From Nitrospirota bacterium (lineage in GTDB: Bacteria; Nitrospirota; UBA9217): a stretch of DNA of 64,000 nucleotides. Below the pieces are notes generated by a model. It made no database searches, was not told the DNA's origin, and saw nothing but the letters and a program-made list of their open reading frames with translations. Both the position numbers and the translations under genes were made by a program. The stretch is from the NCBI GenBank assembly GCA_963663225.1, contig OY760142.1, forward strand, positions 1,856,001-1,920,000, in the 5' to 3' direction. This document shows, piece by piece, positions 50,623-62,402 of the stretch. The number at the start of each line of letters is the position of its first letter. The first letter of the stretch is position 1.

Positions 50623-52320
50623 CTAAACCACCCCCTCTGTCTTGGTCCGGGTCAACCGCTTGATCACCAGTTGCCCGGCTATGGTAATAAAGAGAGCCAC
50701 CGATGCGAGCGTCGCCGCATACACTGTCTCACCGTCTTCATTCAGCGTATAAATCGCCACGCCGATGGTCCTCGTGGTCGGACCGTACAGCAGAACAGAT
50801 GTCGTTAATTCGTGCAGGGCTGGCAGAAAAATGAGGAAAAAAGCGGCGGCCATGCCGGGTTTGATGAGCGGAATAACGATGTCCTTAAGCGCCTGCCAGT
50901 GTGTTGCACCGCAGGAGCGCGCGGCTTCTTCGAGCGAATCATGGACCTGTTCCAGCGCTGCGGAGTTCGATTTGAGTGAAAATGCCATGTACCGTGCGAT
51001 GTAGGCGACGAAAATGATCCAGGCCGTGTTGTACAAATTAATACCGAATTTTCCGCTCCACATCAGGATTACCCCCAATGCAATGACGGTTCCCGGTACG
51101 GAAAACGGCAGGACGCCCAGAAATTCGAGGATGTGTTTTCCACGGACTTTCATTTTGACGATTACGTATGAAATAAGTGTTCCCACGATCATGGTCACAA
51201 ATGCCGCGCCCAGTGAAAGAAAGAAACTGTTGAAAATGGCGTCCTTTGTCATTTTCCAGCTGAACAGGATATATTTGAGGTTGTCGAGCGTCATGTTCTC
51301 GGGAGTAAATTCGAGTCCGTAGGTTCTAAGCGTGCCGACCATGAAAATGGTGACTGTGGGAAGAATGACCGTGATCAGAAGATAGAGAATGCTGAAAATC
51401 AAGAGAGGAACTTTCAAACCCCGGAGTTTCAGCAGTACCGGGCGCATGCTCTTTCCGGCGATTACCTGAAAGCGACCGGCCTTCAGGACGAAATTTTGCG
51501 CATACAGAATAAGGCCCGCAGACATTACGAGGATGGACGCGAGGATTGTGCCGGTTCGTATGGCGGCAAAACTGCCGCCGCTCTGGTGCAGGCGTTCGTA
51601 AATTTTTGTAGGGATGTTGTAAATTCCCGACTCGGTGCCGAGGATTGCCGGAACTCCGAAATGTGCCAGGGAGTAGAGTGCCACAAGAAGCGCTCCCGCG
51701 GCAATGCTGGGCAGCATGAGGGGAAGGGTTATTTTGCGGGTGATGGTAACAAGACCGGCGCCTGAAATGCGGGCGGATTCTTCAAGGGTGGGGTCCATTC
51801 GTTCCAGCGCGCCGGAAACCTGGATAAAAACAAAAGGAAAGAGATACATGGTCTCCACGGCAATAATTCCTGCAAGACTGTAAATATTGAACAGTGACTC
51901 GTCAAGGCCGAATATCCCCGAGAGAAATTTGTTTACATATCCGGAGCGCGGTGAAAGCAGCATTTTCCACGCAAGAGCGCCGATGAACGACGGCATCATG
52001 AAGGGAACCAGAAACAGCAGCTTCATGGTGTTTTTAAACGGCAGGTCGGTGCGGGATACGAGCCAGGCAAAAAAGACCCCGATGACGGTGCAGCAGCAGG
52101 TTACTCCTGCGGCTATTACAACCGAGTTTTTGAGCGCTTCGTACGTGTCCGGTTCACCCAACACTTTCACAATATCGTTTACATTAAACTGACCATCGAC
52201 AAAAAGCGCCGTCCAGAAAATGAGGAGCACCGGTATTGCCACCACCACGACCAGTACCAGCACGGAAAGTGCAAGAAGGATTTGGGCGATGCTCATGGAC
52301 TTCAGATACCGTTTTATCAT
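50623..52320 (-). CDS. ABC transporter permease with two TM modules (FbpB/AfuB-like)
   Basis: Two EAA loops (LEESARISGA, LEEAARSCGA); ATG 52320. Confidence 0.92.
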   Translation of the reverse strand: MIKRYLKSMSIAQILLALSVLVLVVVVAIPVLLIFWTALFVDGQFNVNDIVKVLGEPDTYEALKNSVVIAAGVTCCCTVIGVFFAWLVSRTDLPFKNTMKLLFLVPFMMPSFIGALAWKMLLSPRSGYVNKFLSGIFGLDESLFNIYSLAGIIAVETMYLFPFVFIQVSGALERMDPTLEESARISGAGLVTITRKITLPLMLPSIAAGALLVALYSLAHFGVPAILGTESGIYNIPTKIYERLHQSGGSFAAIRTGTILASILVMSAGLILYAQNFVLKAGRFQVIAGKSMRPVLLKLRGLKVPLLIFSILYLLITVILPTVTIFMVGTLRTYGLEFTPENMTLDNLKYILFSWKMTKDAIFNSFFLSLGAAFVTMIVGTLISYVIVKMKVRGKHILEFLGVLPFSVPGTVIALGVILMWSGKFGINLYNTAWIIFVAYIARYMAFSLKSNSAALEQVHDSLEEAARSCGATHWQALKDIVIPLIKPGMAAAFFLIFLPALHELTTSVLLYGPTTRTIGVAIYTLNEDGETVYAATLASVALFITIAGQLVIKRLTRTKTEGVV

Positions 52321-53429
52321 CACGCAACCACCTCTCCGGCCGCGACTTCCTTTTGGGAGAACCATTTTATATCGAGAAATTTCAGGCTGACGATGTCGCC
52401 TTCCTTAAACATGTTTTTTTGAGCAAGGGCTTCCTGAATGTCTTGTTGGACGCGTATTTCTACATCTCCCACAAGGACACGATAGTCAATTTGCGGCCCA
52501 AGATAGACCGCGCGCTTCAGCGTTCCCTGCAGGCCGGCGGCATTCCTTCCAATCCTGATATCGTGAGGGCGGCATGCCGCGACCATTCCCTCGGAGCGCA
52601 GCATGTCGTTGTTTGCGGAGGGTGGAACAAAGCCAAGGGAAGCATCGCTTCCCTGAATGCAGACTTGCCCGTTCCGGCTCTCCACCGGGATAAAGTTGGA
52701 AACACCCATGAACCTGAAGACAAAGCTGTCCGTGGGACGTTCAAAAATCTCATCCGGGGTCCCGATCTGACGGATGACTCCGGTTTTATCCATAATGGCG
52801 ACGCGATCGGATATGGCGAGAGCCACTTCCTGGTCATGCGTCACGTAGAGGATGGTCACATCGGTATTTTTTTGCAGCCCTTTTATCTCGAACCGCATTT
52901 CCTCCCGGAGGTTTGCATCAAGGTTGGAAAGCGGTTCATCAAGGAGCATGATTTCAGGCCGCGATACGAGGGCGCGCGCCAGTGCGACGCGCTGCTGCTG
53001 GCCGCCGGAAAGCTGGTAAGGGAGGCGCTGCTCCAGGGTGTTGAGATTCACCATGGCGATTGTTTTCAGGGTACGGTCATCCGCCTCTTCCTTCGGTATC
53101 CTCTGGATGAGGAGCGGATATATCACATTTTCGTACACGGTTTTATGGGGCCATACCGCATAATCCTGAAACACGACTCCGATACGGCGTTTTTCCGGCT
53201 GGAGATGGATTTTTTGAGCAGGGCTGGAAACCAGGGTATCGCCGATCCATATTTCACCGCTGTCCGGCTGCTCGAATCCTGCGATCATTCGCAGGACGAC
53301 TGTTTTCCCGCATCCGGATGGACCGAGAAACGTGAAACACTCGCCATCCTTGATGGTGATGTTCAAGTTCTTCACTACCATGTGTTTTCCATATGATTTT
53401 GTAACATTGAGCAGTCGTACATCGGCCAT
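52320..53429 (-). CDS. ABC transporter ATP-binding protein
   Basis: [25 protein letters not shown]. Confidence 0.93.
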   Translation of the reverse strand: MADVRLLNVTKSYGKHMVVKNLNITIKDGECFTFLGPSGCGKTVVLRMIAGFEQPDSGEIWIGDTLVSSPAQKIHLQPEKRRIGVVFQDYAVWPHKTVYENVIYPLLIQRIPKEEADDRTLKTIAMVNLNTLEQRLPYQLSGGQQQRVALARALVSRPEIMLLDEPLSNLDANLREEMRFEIKGLQKNTDVTILYVTHDQEVALAISDRVAIMDKTGVIRQIGTPDEIFERPTDSFVFRFMGVSNFIPVESRNGQVCIQGSDASLGFVPPSANNDMLRSEGMVAACRPHDIRIGRNAAGLQGTLKRAVYLGPQIDYRVLVGDVEIRVQQDIQEALAQKNMFKEGDIVSLKFLDIKWFSQKEVAAGEVVA

Positions 53430-53512
53430 AAGGATCCTCTGTCCAGACCGGACAGTCTATTGGGCTGCCTGGCCTGATAAAAAAAATGTTTGCAGCGCGA
53501 GAATGTTTCACA

Positions 53513-53624
53513 TCAATCCCTGCGACAGAGAATCCCCCGACTCTCGTCGGGGGAGGAATGCAGTAAGTCGCGGGAGGTCGTGTCTATCGAGGGAGCCTCC
53601 GGCTCCTGCCGGAGGGGACTCCAC
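53513..53624 (+). repeat. Dispersed two-hairpin repeat, possible IS200/IS605-derived miniature element
   Basis: TCCCCCGAC-TCTC-GTCGGGGGA and CCTCCGGC-TCCT-GCCGGAGG hairpins; homologous to 40826-40907. Confidence 0.75.
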
Positions 53625-53679
53625 ACAACAACGTGAATCCGGCGCTCTTTGATCGTTGGGGTGGCAGGCAAAGGTGATA

Positions 53680-54672
53680 TTACTTTGCCCGCATAATGGA
53701 GTCGAATTTCTTAATGATGGCTTCTTTTTCTTCCATCGTTTTGAGATAATCGAGCTTCATCGCGCGTTTTACCGCCTGATCCGTTGGAGGAAGTCCGTAT
53801 TTCTTTAATATCGGCACATCGGACCGAATGGGAAGGGTTCCGGATGCCGCGACAATGGTCTGGCCTTCCTTCGAGAGGAGAAAGTCGATGAATTTTCTCG
53901 CTGCCTGCTGATTAGGGGTGCCTTTGATAATGGCGACAGGGCTCGGAATGACGAGCATTTCCTTCGGGTAAGCGAAGCCGATGTTTGCACCTTTTTCCAT
54001 CTTATCCGTGACGATATAATCAACACCTAGTGCGGCTTTAAGGTCTCCCGATGCCGTATCATCAACCACCTGTCCGGATCCCTGTCCTACTTTTGCGCCG
54101 TTTTCCTTCAACTTATGAATGTAATCCCATCCCATGGTGTTGACGATCATGGCGATGCTCATGAACGCCGTTCCGGAGAGGGCGGGATTCGCAATGCCGA
54201 ATCCGCCTTTAAAACGCGGGTCCAGCAGATCCTGCCATGATTTAGGAGCAGCGCTCACTTTTTTTGTATTGTAGGAAATCCCGAGGGTGCCGAGCCGGGC
54301 AGGAGTGAAATAACCTTCAGGATCTTTCACGGTGCTTTTGACGTTTTTGGCTTCGGGAGAAGAATATTTTTCAAGCATGCCTTCCTTTTTGAGCTGATAA
54401 AAATCCGGCACTTCGCTGTGCCACAGGACGTCCACGGTCATCTTTCCTGATTGGCGTTCAGCAGCGATCTTTGCCATGAGTTTGCCGGCACCGGCTGAAT
54501 AATAATCAAACGTAATGTCAGGATATTTCTTTACGAATGCATCACGGAGTTTCCCAATAAGGCTTTCTTTCATGGACGTATAAACCATGAGTTTTTCAGC
54601 AGCGAATGCGGCCTGCCCGGTGCTGCACAGCATGAACGAGAGTGCGATTAAACAACCCAGCAACTTTTTCAT
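53680..54672 (-). CDS. ABC transporter substrate-binding protein (AfuA/FbpA-like)
   Basis: Signal peptide; VYTS, NPALSGT, AARKFIDFLLSKEGQ. Confidence 0.9.
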   Translation of the reverse strand: MKKLLGCLIALSFMLCSTGQAAFAAEKLMVYTSMKESLIGKLRDAFVKKYPDITFDYYSAGAGKLMAKIAAERQSGKMTVDVLWHSEVPDFYQLKKEGMLEKYSSPEAKNVKSTVKDPEGYFTPARLGTLGISYNTKKVSAAPKSWQDLLDPRFKGGFGIANPALSGTAFMSIAMIVNTMGWDYIHKLKENGAKVGQGSGQVVDDTASGDLKAALGVDYIVTDKMEKGANIGFAYPKEMLVIPSPVAIIKGTPNQQAARKFIDFLLSKEGQTIVAASGTLPIRSDVPILKKYGLPPTDQAVKRAMKLDYLKTMEEKEAIIKKFDSIMRAK

Positions 54673-54834
54673 CTGTTATTCCTCCTTTTAGTTTCAGTGA
54701 ATGATGAATGTTTATCCTCTGCACAAGAGAGAGCGGGAGTTTGCGTCCAAAACACAGCGTGCTTTTCGATCCGGGTTTCCATACTAAACGTCTATTGTAA
54801 ATATAGGCAGCGCGCGTATTTTTTCAATAATGAA

Positions 54835-55797
54835 CTACCAGCTTCCTGAAGAGCCTCCGCCGCCCGATGAACCGCCGCTTCCTGAAAAACCGGAGCCTCC
54901 GGAGCTCCCTGAACTCCAGGAACTGCCGGAACCGCCGGACGTGAACGTGAAACCGCCGATCGATGCGCGTCCCTTGGTAAGGAGGTCTTTCTGCGCTTTG
55001 CTATACCATTCAGTTTTCTTAACCAGTAACTTCGCAATCGGAAAGAGCACCACGTAGGTCACGAGCAGATACAGCGCTCCTGTTGTGCCGACGACCATGA
55101 TGGGAAACATGGCCCAGAAGGGGATAAGAAAGAAATAGAGAAACCAGCCGACGCCGGGCGTCAGGACGCCGATTACGGTGAACAGGCCGATGATGCCGAA
55201 AATGAAGGCGCCGATGAGAATCCGTTCCGTCATCGGAAGGTCAGGGGTGTCGATGCTGAAGCCCGACGATGATTGCTTTTCGCCGCGGCCTGTGTTTTGG
55301 GCGCTGCCGGACAGCGCGCCTCCTTCAAGGACCGTGATGATGGATTGCACTCCCGCTTCAATGCCGCCGTCATAGTCCCCGTTTTTAAACCGGGGTGTCA
55401 TGGCATTTCGGATAATGCTGCCCGCGAGTGAGTCGGTCAGCACGCCTTCCAGTCCATAGCCCACCTCAATGCGCATGCGGCGGTCCTTTGGCGCGACAAT
55501 GATCAGAACACCGTTATCTTTTCCTTTTTTACCCAGTTTCCATGACTTGAAGACTTCATCGGCGTAATTCTCAATGCTCTCGCCGTCAAGTGCCGGGATT
55601 GTCAGTACGGCGATCTGGTTGGTTGTCCGGTCTTCGTGCGCTTTGAGGCGTTCGGTCAGAGAGCGGCGCATGTCGGTACTCAATATTTCAGCGTTGTCGG
55701 TAACGCGTCCCGTAAGGTAGGGGACGTCCACCGCTGAAGCATCACTCGTCATCAGGAGTATGAGGGCAGAAAACAGAACGCGGAAAATGAATTTCAT
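54835..55797 (-). CDS. TPM domain (YgcG-like) membrane protein
   Basis: VTDNAEIL, WKLGKKGKDNGVL, RIEVGYGLEG, Gly/Ser tail GGGGSSGSW. Confidence 0.92.
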   Translation of the reverse strand: MKFIFRVLFSALILLMTSDASAVDVPYLTGRVTDNAEILSTDMRRSLTERLKAHEDRTTNQIAVLTIPALDGESIENYADEVFKSWKLGKKGKDNGVLIIVAPKDRRMRIEVGYGLEGVLTDSLAGSIIRNAMTPRFKNGDYDGGIEAGVQSIITVLEGGALSGSAQNTGRGEKQSSSGFSIDTPDLPMTERILIGAFIFGIIGLFTVIGVLTPGVGWFLYFFLIPFWAMFPIMVVGTTGALYLLVTYVVLFPIAKLLVKKTEWYSKAQKDLLTKGRASIGGFTFTSGGSGSSWSSGSSGGSGFSGSGGSSGGGGSSGSW

Positions 55798-56453
55798 GGC
55801 CTCTCCTCCTCGATGATTTCGTCGGGAAGTTCATTCTTGGCAAGTGTGCCGGATGGCGCTGCGTGCAGATGTTCCTGCAGGCTGTTCAGACCTTCATTCA
55901 GTGCGCGGGCGACCTGGCCGGAGGCAAGAACAGCTGTCATGCGGGAAACGATTTCTTCCAGAGCAGTCCGGTCCAGGCGCTCAGCCAGTCCCGTGTCAGG
56001 CTGCACGACAACCTGCCGTTCAAAAAGGCTGATCAGCAACAGAATTCCCGTGCGGCGACTCGTGCCAAATAATTCATGGGAAAGGAAGAGGGATTGAGCA
56101 TGCTGCCGCACTTCCATTTCTGCGTGGTGGGCGTCAAGGAAGAATCGGGCAAACCACGGAACGGCAACACACAACAGAGCGCAGACAGCGCCGGCCATGA
56201 GCGTAGTGACGACGGCAAGCAGCACGGCATGGCCTGTATTCCAGGAAGGTCGAACCAGTTCCAGAATGGTAATGAAAAGTCCTATTACGGATGCTCCCAG
56301 CGCAAAGGCTTTCCAGGGCAGTTCGGCATATGTATCGCTGCGTTCGATGACCGCGAGCACAATCTGTGCGCCTGTCCGTTTTTCCGTTTCAGCTACCCGG
56401 TTATCTAGATCACAGCGCTCCTGATCACTGAGGGGTCGTGGCACGGTTATCAC
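55794..56453 (-). CDS. TPM domain membrane protein
   Basis: EKRTGAQIV, RTGILLLISLFERQV, NELPD. Confidence 0.85.
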   Translation of the reverse strand: MITVPRPLSDQERCDLDNRVAETEKRTGAQIVLAVIERSDTYAELPWKAFALGASVIGLFITILELVRPSWNTGHAVLLAVVTTLMAGAVCALLCVAVPWFARFFLDAHHAEMEVRQHAQSLFLSHELFGTSRRTGILLLISLFERQVVVQPDTGLAERLDRTALEEIVSRMTAVLASGQVARALNEGLNSLQEHLHAAPSGTLAKNELPDEIIEEERP

Positions 56454-56527
56454 CTCGCAGAGGGTAATTGTATGGTGTTCGAGACGGATGTTTATAAACG
56501 ACAGGCGAAGAATCGTTTGTTTCAGCT

Positions 56528-56860
56528 TCAGGAACCGGTGTCTTCCTGCTGGCTTTTGCGGTAATACTCGGCCACCGGGACGCTACTGCTCAGTCCGTTT
56601 TCAGCGGCAAGGTTTGCAACATCGTAGCCAAGACCCTCAAGCTTGTTGTTCCAGAGAATCTTGCCGGTAGCGACGTCGAGGCAAAACAGTTCGCCGCCGG
56701 TATGCGCGTATATCCTATTGTCTTCGACCAGCAGCGTCACAAAACGGTCGCCGCCCGCAAGCCCGCCCTTCAGCTTCGTTTTCCACAAAACACGTCCGAG
56801 CGATTTGTCAACCGCGGCAACATGTGCATTCACCCCGATAAAGATTGCATTGGATGACAT
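56528..56860 (-). CDS. Small PQQ-like beta-propeller repeat protein
   Basis: AVDKSLGRVLWK and CLDVATGKILWN Trp-docking motifs. Confidence 0.75.
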   Translation of the reverse strand: MSSNAIFIGVNAHVAAVDKSLGRVLWKTKLKGGLAGGDRFVTLLVEDNRIYAHTGGELFCLDVATGKILWNNKLEGLGYDVANLAAENGLSSSVPVAEYYRKSQQEDTGS

Positions 56861-56924
56861 GGGTTTCCTTTCTGCAATCAGTTGCCGAATTGTATCATAG
56901 ATGCATCCGGCTTTCGATCAATTT

Positions 56925-57332
56925 TCAGGAGATTTCATAGAATCCCGCTTGTGCTGCTTTTTCAGCCAGGGTTTTTAATGCGGTACTTTTTGTGTCTTTT
57001 GGATTTAATGTCAAGCACCAGTCCTTGGCAATGCTCTTGCGCTCGGCAAGCAGTTTTTCATATGTTTGAACAATACTCTCGGCTGGCTGGTCTGATGAAT
57101 TGCCGATCACCTGGCTGGAGAATTTGTTTATAATTGCCAGCCGGACTTTTCGCGCTGGCCCCGACGAGACGCTTCCGCCGCACGACACTATTACTTCATA
57201 AAAAAAGACCCACCCGAACGGTTTCTCAACCGTGCGTTCTTTCAGAACGGAGAACCAGCGCGTGTCAGTGGCGTTCTTGTTGAGCCTGCTGACCAGCAAC
57301 TCATGCGCTTCTTCTCTGTTGGAAATTGTCAT
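56925..57332 (-). CDS. YrhB/Imm35-like protein
   Basis: TVEKPFGWVFFY..IINK motif resembles YrhB-like domain. Confidence 0.55.
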   Translation of the reverse strand: MTISNREEAHELLVSRLNKNATDTRWFSVLKERTVEKPFGWVFFYEVIVSCGGSVSSGPARKVRLAIINKFSSQVIGNSSDQPAESIVQTYEKLLAERKSIAKDWCLTLNPKDTKSTALKTLAEKAAQAGFYEIS

Positions 57333-57365
57333 GGAAAATAATCCTGTCGAGTAAAAAACACCGGC

Positions 57366-58739
57366 TCAATTCTTAAAACTCTGCACCGGTGCGGGAATCC
57401 TACCGCCGAGAGAAATGAATCCCTCCGAGCCGCCGTCATTCGGGATGTTGATAATAGTAGCTTCGCCCAGCAGGCCGCCGAAGGATGCCTTGTCTCCCGC
57501 CTTTTTGCCGGGAACGGGAATCAGGCGTGCTGCCGTCGCCTTGCTGTTGATGACGCCGATGGCCATCTCGTCCGCGATGATGCCCGCGATGGTCGCGGCG
57601 GACGTGTCGCCCGGGATGGCCACCATATCGAGCCCCACGGAGCAGACGCTGGTCATTGCCTCCAGCTTCTCAATGGTAAGATGGCCCTTTCTTGCCGCTT
57701 CGGCGATGTTCAAATCTTCGCTTACGGGAATAAATGCCCCGCTCAATCCTCCGACGTACGAACTGGCAAAGATGCCGCCTTTTTTCACCGCATCGTTCAG
57801 CATGGCCAGAACGGCGGTCGAACCCGGATTGCCGATGCTTTTGAGGCCAAGACTCTGGAAGATTTCTCCCACGCTGTCGCCGACATTGGGCGTGGGGGCA
57901 AGGGAAAGGTCGGCCACGCCGAAAGGAATGCCGAGTTTGTCCGCGACCTGCCTGCCGATGAGTTCGCCGACGCGGGTCACCTTGAATGCCGTGCGTTTGA
58001 TGGTTTCGGAAAGGCGGCCGAGGTCGAGATGGGGGTCTGCTTCGCGCGCCCTGTCGATCGCTTTTTTTACGACACCCGGTCCGCTGACGCCCACGTTAAT
58101 CACTGCGTCGGGTTCGCCGACGCCGAGGTACGCTCCCGCCATGAAGGGAACGTCCTGGGGAATATTTGCGAAAACGACAAGTTTCGCGCAGCCGATGCCG
58201 TCGCGGTCTGCCGTGATTTCGGCAGTGCGTTTGATGGTTTTCCCCATGAGAGCCACGGCGTCCATGTTGATGCCCGCATGCGTCGACGCCACATTGACGG
58301 ACGAGCAGACGCGCGATGTTTTCGCAAGCGCGTCGGGGATCGCTTCGATGAGCGCGAGATCTCCCTTGGTAAAGCCTTTTTCAACCAGCGCGCTGAATCC
58401 GCCGATGAAATCAATCTTGAGCCTGCATGCCGTGTCATCCAGGGCCGTTGCAATCCTGCACATTTCTTCCGGTGAAAAACCGCAGGCGGCAACCGCGATG
58501 GGGCTTACGGCAATCCTTTTATTCACAACCGGGATGCCATATCTCAGACCGACTTCATCGCAAACATCAACGAGATTTCCCGCCAGGCGGGCGATTTTTT
58601 GCCCGGCATTGGCGATAAAGCGGTCTGCATCGTGGCTCGCGCAGTCAAACAGGCTGACGCCGAGCGTTACGGTGCGCACATCGAGGTTTTCGTTTTTGAG
58701 CATTTCGAGAGTGGCGATTATTTCACGGTCTGTCAGCAT
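57366..58739 (-). CDS. UPF0210 (DUF711, PFL-like) family protein
   Basis: LDVRTVTLG, VNKRIAVSP, GVSGPGVV, GGLSGAFIPVSED, VCSVGLDM. Confidence 0.92.
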   Translation of the reverse strand: MLTDREIIATLEMLKNENLDVRTVTLGVSLFDCASHDADRFIANAGQKIARLAGNLVDVCDEVGLRYGIPVVNKRIAVSPIAVAACGFSPEEMCRIATALDDTACRLKIDFIGGFSALVEKGFTKGDLALIEAIPDALAKTSRVCSSVNVASTHAGINMDAVALMGKTIKRTAEITADRDGIGCAKLVVFANIPQDVPFMAGAYLGVGEPDAVINVGVSGPGVVKKAIDRAREADPHLDLGRLSETIKRTAFKVTRVGELIGRQVADKLGIPFGVADLSLAPTPNVGDSVGEIFQSLGLKSIGNPGSTAVLAMLNDAVKKGGIFASSYVGGLSGAFIPVSEDLNIAEAARKGHLTIEKLEAMTSVCSVGLDMVAIPGDTSAATIAGIIADEMAIGVINSKATAARLIPVPGKKAGDKASFGGLLGEATIINIPNDGGSEGFISLGGRIPAPVQSFKN

Positions 58740-58742
58740 GGT

Positions 58743-59294
58743 TTACACTCGATTCAGTTGTTCGAAAATGTCCCGGTGTTGCAGGCTGATGTCCAGCCCC
58801 AGTTCCTTTGCCTGGCCATACAGGGCGGTTCTAAAAGCGTGCAGGTCCACGGAGGACGGAATATCGACTTCATAAATCATGACGTAGGACTGCTGCTTCT
58901 GGCCGCTCCGGAACACGGCTTTGAGGTTCGTGATGTTGACGTTGTAACGGGCGAGCATTTCGGTAACGCCTGTCATGAGACCCGGCCTGTCCGGCCCGAT
59001 GGTGGTGATGACGAAAGGGGAGCCGGCGGGTTGCGGGGCCGCCGACTCTTCTTGCAAAGGCCGCAGGTGAACAAAAAGCCCCAGGGGTTCGATCCGGCCA
59101 CGCAGTGCGGCAAGAATGGAACTTTCATCTGCGGTATCCTGCATCGAAGCGATGAAAATCCCGACGAATTCCGTCTGGAGAATTGTCTGACTCACATCTT
59201 CGAGATTGCAGCGCTGCTCAAAGAGCGTCCTTGAAACAGCAGCAATGATGCCCGGCCGGTCGGGACCCAGAACGAAAACGACGATTTTCTTCAC
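58743..59294 (-). CDS. Double ACT domain protein (GcvR-like)
   Basis: Two GPDRPG motifs; usual partner of DUF711. Confidence 0.88.
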   Translation of the reverse strand: MKKIVVFVLGPDRPGIIAAVSRTLFEQRCNLEDVSQTILQTEFVGIFIASMQDTADESSILAALRGRIEPLGLFVHLRPLQEESAAPQPAGSPFVITTIGPDRPGLMTGVTEMLARYNVNITNLKAVFRSGQKQQSYVMIYEVDIPSSVDLHAFRTALYGQAKELGLDISLQHRDIFEQLNRV

Positions 59295-59303
59295 GGTTTT
59301 TTC

Positions 59304-59810
59304 CTATAGGGAGCGGATAATCCGTTCGCAGACCTCTTCCTGCGAGAGTCCAGCGCACGGGATGGTGATGTTCGCATATTTTTTGTAAAGGGCGAACCGC
59401 TCGTGAAACAGATCCTCAAGGCTTTGGTCGCTTCTTTTTGCCAGGCCCCGGGTGCTGAAATTATGGATTCTTGATTCCAGTGTGGGCAGATCAACATGGA
59501 GGAACACAAGCACACCGAGCGATCGCAAGTGCTCCATGGCTGCCGGACTGTACACCGCGCTTCCACCGGTGGCAATGACATGGTTGTCGCATCGCAGGCC
59601 GAGAAGCACGGTCTCCTCGATTTTGCGCAATGCCATGTGGCCGTCTTGATCGACAATGTTTTGAAGGGGCCTGCCTTCCGCCAGTTGAATCAGCACGTCC
59701 GTGTCCGTAAAATTTCGAGCGGTCATTTTTGCCAGGATGACGCCCACCGTGCTTTTTCCCGCTCCCGGCATGCCGATTAAAATAATATTGGATTTCTTGC
59801 CAATCTCCAT
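59304..59810 (-). CDS. aroK: Shikimate kinase
   Basis: GMPGAGKST, DTD, VIATGGS, R..LY. Confidence 0.9.
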   Translation of the reverse strand: MEIGKKSNIILIGMPGAGKSTVGVILAKMTARNFTDTDVLIQLAEGRPLQNIVDQDGHMALRKIEETVLLGLRCDNHVIATGGSAVYSPAAMEHLRSLGVLVFLHVDLPTLESRIHNFSTRGLAKRSDQSLEDLFHERFALYKKYANITIPCAGLSQEEVCERIIRSL

Positions 59811-59846
59811 AGCGCTTGTTTCTGACGTAAGCGGCGCAGGCCGCTG

Positions 59847-60500
59847 CTATTTCCAGGAAACCGCGTTGAATGTGTTGTTGAATCTTTGTGCAAGCTGCGG
59901 GTAGAGCGCTCGGAACAGCTGGACATCCGAGGACTGCACAGTCGCGTCAGTATATGCACTGTAGGAATAGTTGTAGCGTACCCTGCGTCCCTCGAACGTA
60001 ATCGCATTGATCACGACTTCAAGGGTGCCGAGATGGAGTATTTCGCCCGGTTTCAGAGAAAACCGCAGGGGCTTTGTTTCCATATTTGCATTGACGGCAT
60101 AACTTCCCTGAAAAATATGGCAGTTCACGATTTGATAGTCTGAAGGCCTCGCCTGACCGACGAGAAGAGTTTCATAGGAGGAATAGGAATCTTGTTTGAT
60201 CCATCGGACGTTTTCTTCCTTGTTTGTACTGTAAATCCAGTCGAACCGCTGCTCGGAGTCCTTCTTGCTCAGAAAGTGGAGTTGCACATGACTGTTTGTC
60301 AGGAGGTTGGTTTTATCTATTATTTTAACCCGTGCCAGCACAACCGACGAAAAACCTTCCTCAAGAGAGTCCGTTGCCAGGTTTTTCACATTGAACCAGC
60401 TGGCGCAACCGGATGTTGAAAAGACGGCTGTGAGCAGCAGAAAAAGCAGGAGAACGGTGCCGGCTTTTTTCGGAATGGGAAAAATCATTTTACCTCTCAT
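59847..60500 (-). CDS. Hypothetical lipoprotein
   Basis: Hydrophobic signal ending SGC. Confidence 0.65.
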   Translation of the reverse strand: MRGKMIFPIPKKAGTVLLLFLLLTAVFSTSGCASWFNVKNLATDSLEEGFSSVVLARVKIIDKTNLLTNSHVQLHFLSKKDSEQRFDWIYSTNKEENVRWIKQDSYSSYETLLVGQARPSDYQIVNCHIFQGSYAVNANMETKPLRFSLKPGEILHLGTLEVVINAITFEGRRVRYNYSYSAYTDATVQSSDVQLFRALYPQLAQRFNNTFNAVSWK

Positions 60501-60519
60501 GCCGCATGGATGTCATGCG

Positions 60520-62292
<1,773 letters not shown>

Positions 62293-62331
62293 CTGATTTC
62301 CCTCGTTTTTTATTGGGTAAGACAGGGTTGG

Positions 62332-62361
62332 ATAATATCATTCAATGCGCTCGAAAGTCAA
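62332..62361 (-). promoter_or_regulatory. aspS promoter
   Basis: Minus strand TTGACT-18 nt-TATTAT with TG extension. Confidence 0.55.
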
Positions 62362-62402
62362 GTAGCAGGGCGCCGCTGGGCGTCTGCCGAGGCCGGTGGA
62401 AA

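Noticed and set aside
57415-58875. Long antisense ORFs (also 5282-6301, 60811-61695, 34013-34828)
   Set aside because: Shadow frames of well-supported genes in GC-rich DNA
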